A stretch of DNA of 64,000 bases from Rhizaria sp. SCN 62-66 (Eukaryota): positions 124,001 to 188,000 of the forward strand of contig MEDY01000014.1 of NCBI GenBank assembly GCA_001724265.1, written 5' to 3'. Each line of letters starts with the position of its first letter. Positions within the stretch are counted from its first letter, which is position 1. The notes below the pieces were generated by a model. That model was given only the letters and a program-made list of their open reading frames with translations. It made no database searches and was not told the origin of the DNA. The translations under genes and the position numbers were made by a program. Positions 58,311 through 64,000 of this stretch are shown one piece after another.

Positions 58311-61300
58311 TTACTGTTCATTCTCCATTGCCTGGCGCACTGCACTCAGCAGTTCTTTCAGCAGCACTGGTCCACAGCCGACTGTCTCAACAGCATCGCC
58401 GAGCGTCGCGCCAACTGCAGCCGTGATCAGCGGCGGACACGTTTCCACGGCGCGCAGCGACACCGCGCCGGCCTTCACTCCGCTCATGAGCAGCCGCGCG
58501 AAGATGCGCGCGTGGCCCCGCGTCATGCGCCGGCCCGCTGCGCGCACCAGCGGCTCATTCATCGCTTCTGCGGCCTCGCGCGCGCGCACAATGGGGTCGC
58601 TGGAGCCGAAGCCGAACTCCTTGGCGTCAACATTGTGCATGTCATCGGTCTTCTTGGCAGCTGCAGACTTGCCCGCATCGTCACCATCGTCATCGTGTAA
58701 ACGACCGCTGAAGGGACACGTCGAGAGTTGCAGCGCGAGCTCCGCCAGCGCGTCATAGTCGTCCTCACACTGGAGCGGCGGGCGGCCTGCGACTTCGCAC
58801 AGAAACGACGCGTACAGCGGCACGGGCAGCGCACGCACAGGCATGGTCGCGGGCCGCGCCGCGCGCGCGAGCGACAATGAGAGGTTGACGATGGCTTGTT
58901 CGACGGGCAACAGCTGCGTGTACTTGTGCCGTGTCGTTAGCAAAGTGTCGAGCATGTCGGTGCCAAGCTTCACTGCAGTCATCGCGGACATCGCGCGGAA
59001 ACACAGCATCTGTCGCACCGCACGGGCGGCCGCCGCGCGCGTGCTCTCGGCCGTGGCCGGTGAATCGGCCAACGCGTGGAATGGCGTGACACTTGCGTTG
59101 CCAATGTTTTCTTTAATGTCAATGCACGTCTCCTCACCGTCGTCTGCGTGCAGCAGCATCGTGGTCGCGGGTCCCAGCAATGCAGAGTATACGGAAAACA
59201 AACGCGGAAGGCAGTCAACTACGGCACGCAGGGCACGCGACCCGGTATATCCCAGCTCGTCATCGTTAGACTCAAAGTCAGCGCCCTCCACATCGGCAAC
59301 CGAGCTCCTCTGCGGCTTCAGCAGAGAAGCTCGGATCGCCGGGTGCTTCAACGCCCAGTGAGATTCACCGGAGAGCACAGTCGCCACAGAGGCGATTCCT
59401 GCTTTGGTCTCGGTCGGATCGCGCGCGTCATCGTCGGCGGCTGAATACCACGTCTCGTCGCTCAGATGCTCGGTCGGAAGGCCGAAGTACGTCGCAACGG
59501 CAGTCGCGGACTCCCGGTCATAGCGCGCGTCGCGCTCGCCCTGCGCAGACAGAGTTGCAGTCAGCGCGGCAGCGGCCTCGCGCAGCTGGTCCACCAACGG
59601 CGCGTCGGGCTCCGAGGTGCAGTGCTCAGCCACAGCTTCTGGCAAGGCAGCACGGCGCGCCATCAGCAAGTGCCGCCGCTGCACCCAACTCAGACCGAGC
59701 TGTGCAAACATCGGCGCCATTGCGCGGGCCGCGAAGTCGGCCGCGTCACTGCGCGCGCTCCAATGCGCGTGGTCTGCGTTGCGCTGCGCTTCGTCGCGGT
59801 CGACCTGCGCGAGCGCAGGGCCCGCGGGGCCGGCGTCAAAGCGCGCCCCCGGCACGCGCGCGTAGGGGTGGAGATCGACTAGCTCCGCAGCGGCGGCGGC
59901 GGCGCCAAAGCGGGCGTCACGGTGCGGCAACAGCGAGAAGTTCGGGCACACGCGCGTGTCTTTCGCGTTGCATTCGCAGACGCGCACGGGAAACGGGATT
60001 TTCTGCTCGCTCGCGCGCAGACCGAGGCGCACAAGTTCTCGCAGCACAGGCGCGCTCGAGGCACCGCTGCCGGTGGTACAGTTGCTCAGCGCCATCTTCT
60101 CCAAGTTCTGCACAGCTTTCTTGAGCCCATTCGCGAAAGACTTTGCAATCTTGACGCTCTTGGCGGCATTAACGCAGACGCCCGCACAGAGCGCATCACT
60201 TGCGGCGCGGGCAGTCGCCTCAACGCCTTTGTTGGCGTTCAGCGCGTGGAAGCCCGCGGCCACTGCGGCGGCCAATGCACTCTGCGGCGCATCCGGCAGC
60301 CTCTCCGTGCGCACCGCATTGACGGCCTGCGCCGCCAGCGCAACGTGCACAGCAGCGATGTCGCGCACTGCGCCCGCGCCACAGTGTCCCGCGGATCCGC
60401 AATGCTGGAGCACGTGATCCATGCGTGCGACTTCACGGAAGATGTCTGGGTCTGCACACCCCACAAGCTGCGCTTCCCAGCACCGCGCGACCGTCAGCTA
60501 CACGTTGACCGCCGCCGCATACGCGATGCACCTAGGCCGCTGCAGCAGCGCGCGCACCCACGCGGCGCACGCACGCGGCGCGCCCGGCAAGAGCAAGCAA
60601 TCGCTGGCGATGGGCGCGTCAAACACCCGCGCGAGCCAGTACGCCAGCGCAGGGTTGCGGCCCGCCAGCGCGGCGCGGATGACGCGGTCGCCGCGCGTGT
60701 AGCGCTCAAAGAACCCGGTGTCACGGCGGCTGCGCGCGCTGGCAGCGAGCACGAACGCGCGCGCGGACGCCGGGGCGCGCTCTGCCGCAGACTCTGGCTC
60801 GAGGATGTCGACGCCAGTCTTAGCGGAGTGCTCGCACACAGCCTCGAGCTCGGTCAGCGTGCGCGGACCAGTGCGCGGCGGCGCGACAGCTGCGAGATCG
60901 GGCGGCGCTCGCTGGGAGAACGGGGTATCGTCATCCCACTCGACAGGCTGTGTAAAAAACGCGATTACGAGACGAACGCAGCCCTCGTTGCCGCCACGCA
61001 CGGCTGCGCGGAGCAGGCGCGCGTGCGGTAAGTCGCTTTCAGCAACGTTGCTTGCCGTATCAGCGTCGCTGTCCTCCCCACCGCCATCATCGTAACCTTC
61101 GCTGACGTCATCGTCCTCGGAGCCAGGGTGACTCCAGTACGCAAGCGGCTAGGCGGCCGCAGTCGCGTGTTCGTGCAGAAACCATTTGCGCGTCCGCTGC
61201 TTCGGGTCAATCAGATTGCCACGGGCAGTGAGCAGCAGCAGCAACTTGTCGTAGTCCCCCACGTCGGCCGCGCATTCGAGCGGCGTTGCGCCCGCCTCTG

Positions 61301-61859
61301 CGTCGGTGCCGTCCACATCGTCGTCGCAGGCGCGCGGCAGGAGCGCGCGCGCGGTGGCTTCGCGCTCGAGCGAGGCGTCGAGCATCTTGAGCAGGTCCTC
61401 TTCATCAACTTCTTCGACGAGCGCGGCAGCGCATAGGTAACGGCCACTGTGCGCAGCGGCGTAGTGCAGCGGCGTGGCGCCGTTACAGGTTGATGTCGGG
61501 AGCGCGCCGTGGCGGAGCAGCCAGCGCACGACGCGCGGAAGATCGAAACGCACCGCAGTGAAGAGAGGGGTTGAGCCGGAGGACGTGACTTGCTCTCCGG
61601 TCCATGACCACAGGATCGAGGACGTCTCCACCCACCGGTGGATTTCGTTCGCGACCATGAATCGAGCATGCGTCTCGAGAATTTTGAGAATGACATCTTC
61701 GACATACTCGCCTTCAGCGCACTTCAGCTCCCCGCTCGAGTACTTTGCTTTGTAGTCATGGGAGCCGCGCAATGGATCAAGGCGAAGAACCTCGCGCAAG
61801 ATGATGTCGTTGATATCACGAGGTTCAGAAAGATCCGAAAGCTCGTAGAGATACGACAT
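58311..61859 (-). pseudogene. Ankyrin-repeat gene of 1182 codons in one frame, interrupted by two in-frame TAG codons (pseudogene, or readthrough/recoded gene)
   Basis: Track ORFs 61149..61976, 60498..61001 and 58311..60464 share one frame and are separated only by TAG at 61149-61151 and 60498-60500. Ankyrin motifs GSTPLFTAV, GATPLHYAA and GATPLECAA, plus LLRAAVRGGNEGCVRLV after the first TAG. Confidence 0.6.
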
Positions 61860-62404
61860 CAATCTACGGCCTCCTGTTAACACGGGGTGGTTGGGAGTGT
61901 GTGTGGGTGAGTTGAGTTGCGTGCCAAAAGTCGCGATAGATAGGAGAGGTTTGTGATATCTTTTGGTTGTGATCACACTTTCACGAGAGTGAATCGAGAG
62001 GTACTAAAGAGAACTAGAGCACGTGCAAAAGAAAACAAAACCTTAAACAACGCGACAGTTTCGGTTTAACACCAATTACTTGACACTGACGATCAGACTA
62101 TGTCATATCAAACATGAATGAGATTTCACTTGGTTCAGCGCTGCCAGTGGCCGAGCGAGACGCGTTAGCAAGAGAAGCCATCCTAATTAAAAGCATCTTG
62201 CCGTGAGCTGATCGTCAAAAGCCTCCACATTTCACGACTAAACGGTTATAGCGTAAATATATATAATATCTTTATTACGAACGATTGAAACTCATCTAGC
62301 AGTGTCTATGACCTTGTCTTTGATACCGTGTACTTTCGCCACAACAGCTTGCTGCGCCACGGATTCTTCCTTTGCTGACGCGGACTAAGACATATCGTCC
62401 CCTT

Positions 62405-64000
62405 ATGCGTCTTTTAACCGCATTTCTAGTGCTGGCTACTGCTGCCACCGCTCTATCAGCAGCGGCGCCGGCCGCCGTGTGCATCGGCAGCGGCGACACG
62501 CCCCAGGCTCCCAAGTCACAGCAACTTGGTTTCTGCCGCCAGCACCGCAAGTCGACGTGCTGCTCGGCCTCGAGTGAGCGCTCCGTGATCAAGGCGGCCG
62601 AACCCTTTTTTGCCGAGTCCCGCGCCGTCCTGCTGTCTGCGCCGACGGACCCCGCGCTGCTGCCGCCGCTGGCGACGCTCTTCACGTCCCCCTTCCCCGC
62701 CACAGCCGCTCCTGACGCCCCCACCGAAGTCGAAGTGTTCCGGTACTCCATCCCCGCCGCGTGCCGCGCCTACGCGGCCTCGCTTCTCTGCGCACGCTGC
62801 TCAGCGGACGTCGGGACCGGCCGCGTCGCCGGCGTGTGCGTCCGCTCGTGCCAGCAGTGGCACGACGCCTGCGCAGACGTGCTGTTCCGCCCGGATCCCG
62901 ACGTTCCCGGCGCACTCCTCCCCTGCGCCGAGCAGTCCTACGCTCGTCTCTCTGCCGCGAGCGCTGAATCTGCCGCCGACGCCGATGCCAGCGCGCCCGT
63001 GTTCATCCCTGTTGCGTCCGAGCAGGCCGCGCTCGAAGCCAAGGCTCTCGCGTCCGCGCTCACGATCGACGACACGCCCGCCGTGCGCGCCGCGCTGGCC
63101 GCCGCGCTGGCCGCCGCCGCGGGCTCCGCGCCCGCCGCGCCGCTTGTCTGCGCGCCGCTGCGCACCCTGGTGGCTACTGGCCCCGCGCTGTGCGCTGCGT
63201 ACGGCGTCGAGGTCGCCGATCCGCTCGACTCTTCTGCCGACGAAAACGCCTTTGCACGCGCCGTGCTCGCGCTATACGCCGGCTACCGCGCGCTGCCGCC
63301 CGCGCTCCTGACGAGCGCGGCCGGCGACGCGCTACGTGCTGCCGCGCGCAGGGCCGTCGCCGGCGCTGATGTGAGCTCTCTCGACTCGGCGGCCGCCGCG
63401 CTGACAGCACCAGCCGCGGACGCGCTGCGTTTGACTCGCGAGGCCTTCGAAGGCCACCGGTGGGCGACTCGCAGCGCCAACGCCGTGACGGGTGACGAGG
63501 CTGCGGCCCTGCTGCCCGCCGCCGGGCTACTTTCCTGGACGGCAGATGACTCTGCTGCTGACTCGGAGACCACAGGCCGGTTGATCGGTATGTCCGCTGA
63601 GTCAGCGAGTGCCGTGCTTGCCGTGTTGCGCCCCGCGCTCGCGCTGCCGCTGTTGCCACCGCTCGGCATCTCCGCCCCCGCTTCTACGGCGCGCCCTGGC
63701 TCCTGGCTGCCGGTTGCCAGAGCGATTGGCGCCGCGGGGGCCGCCGCTTCTGCGAGCGGCGCCGCGCGGCACGGCTTGATCGTCAGCACCACCGCAATGC
63801 TGCGCGACATCGCCGCCGTCAGCGAGGCCTTCAATGCTAATGCAGCGGTTTCTTCCGGCGGCGCGTGGGACTGGACGCTCCCGCGGCAGCAGCAGTGTTG
63901 GGACGCGGCGACCGCAGACTCCGCGCTGAATGACTGGCTCGTGGCGCGCGCACGCAACCCGGCCGTGCAGCCCGCGACGGCGCTGCTCTCCCTCGCCGGC
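62405..64000 (+). CDS. 3'-truncated secreted folate-receptor-family (Cys-rich) protein, absent from the ORF track
   Basis: Manual translation is open from the ATG at 62405 to the window end. Signal peptide MRLLTAFLVLATAATALS, then C...FCRQHRKSTCC...CRAY..SLLCARCSADVG...VCVRSCQQWHDAC...LLPC...LVC..L.....ALC...G..V, the Cys spacing of plant/protist Folate_rec proteins. Confidence 0.7.
   Translation, partial: MRLLTAFLVLATAATALSAAAPAAVCIGSGDTPQAPKSQQLGFCRQHRKSTCCSASSERSVIKAAEPFFAESRAVLLSAPTDPALLPPLATLFTSPFPATAAPDAPTEVEVFRYSIPAACRAYAASLLCARCSADVGTGRVAGVCVRSCQQWHDACADVLFRPDPDVPGALLPCAEQSYARLSAASAESAADADASAPVFIPVASEQAALEAKALASALTIDDTPAVRAALAAALAAAAGSAPAAPLVCAPLRTLVATGPALCAAYGVEVADPLDSSADENAFARAVLALYAGYRALPPALLTSAAGDALRAAARRAVAGADVSSLDSAAAALTAPAADALRLTREAFEGHRWATRSANAVTGDEAAALLPAAGLLSWTADDSAADSETTGRLIGMSAESASAVLAVLRPALALPLLPPLGISAPASTARPGSWLPVARAIGAAGAAASASGAARHGLIVSTTAMLRDIAAVSEAFNANAAVSSGGAWDWTLPRQQQCWDAATADSALNDWLVARARNPAVQPATALLSLAG

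Noticed and set aside
58250-58313. TAA reassignment (ciliate-type UAR=Gln), prompted by the coding-like run after the ankyrin gene's TAA
   Set aside because: TAA falls at the expected C-terminus of conserved proteins (CoA-transferase, PP2A-A, importin-4), so it acts as a stop.
1-64000. Prokaryotic features: operons, CRISPR arrays, defence systems, IS elements
   Set aside because: The genes are eukaryote-specific and have spliceosomal introns. No repeat-spacer array, transposase, integrase or reverse transcriptase motif was seen.
1-64000. Kinetoplastid-style polycistronic gene clusters
   Set aside because: The strand switches often, with at most five consecutive genes on one strand, and cis introns are present.

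Overview
Eukaryotic nuclear DNA, most likely from a protist; the lineage cannot be named from this window. It is gene-dense and intron-poor, with very GC-rich coding regions and short AT-richer spacers of about 0.25-1.4 kb. I find 20 protein-coding loci on both strands: a 5'-truncated GPR137/TOM1-like membrane protein, a divergent frataxin, a Use1 SNARE, Mrd1/RBM19, an acetate:succinate CoA-transferase-type enzyme, mitochondrial uL11, a PP2A scaffold subunit, Atp11, a secreted Asp-box protein, mitochondrial Met-tRNA formyltransferase, a secreted beta-lactamase-fold pseudoenzyme, a DDT/WHIM protein, a multi-PH protein, a ZC2HC1-like protein, a 3054-aa EML-like WD40 protein, a WD40+PH protein, importin-4, an SDR, an ankyrin gene interrupted by two in-frame TAGs, and a 3'-truncated folate-receptor-family gene absent from the ORF track. 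Four GT-AG introns inside coding sequence can be placed exactly. Two window-wide signals stand out. First, most start codons lie shortly after an AG that ends a long pyrimidine-rich, AG-free tract, which suggests spliced-leader trans-splicing or a near-universal 5'-UTR intron. Second, none of the 19 visible gene ends uses TAG (9 TGA, 10 TAA), and the only in-frame TAGs fall inside one otherwise continuous 1182-codon frame. No rRNA, tRNA, CRISPR array or transposon was recognised. All family assignments come from motif recognition by eye, not from database searches.
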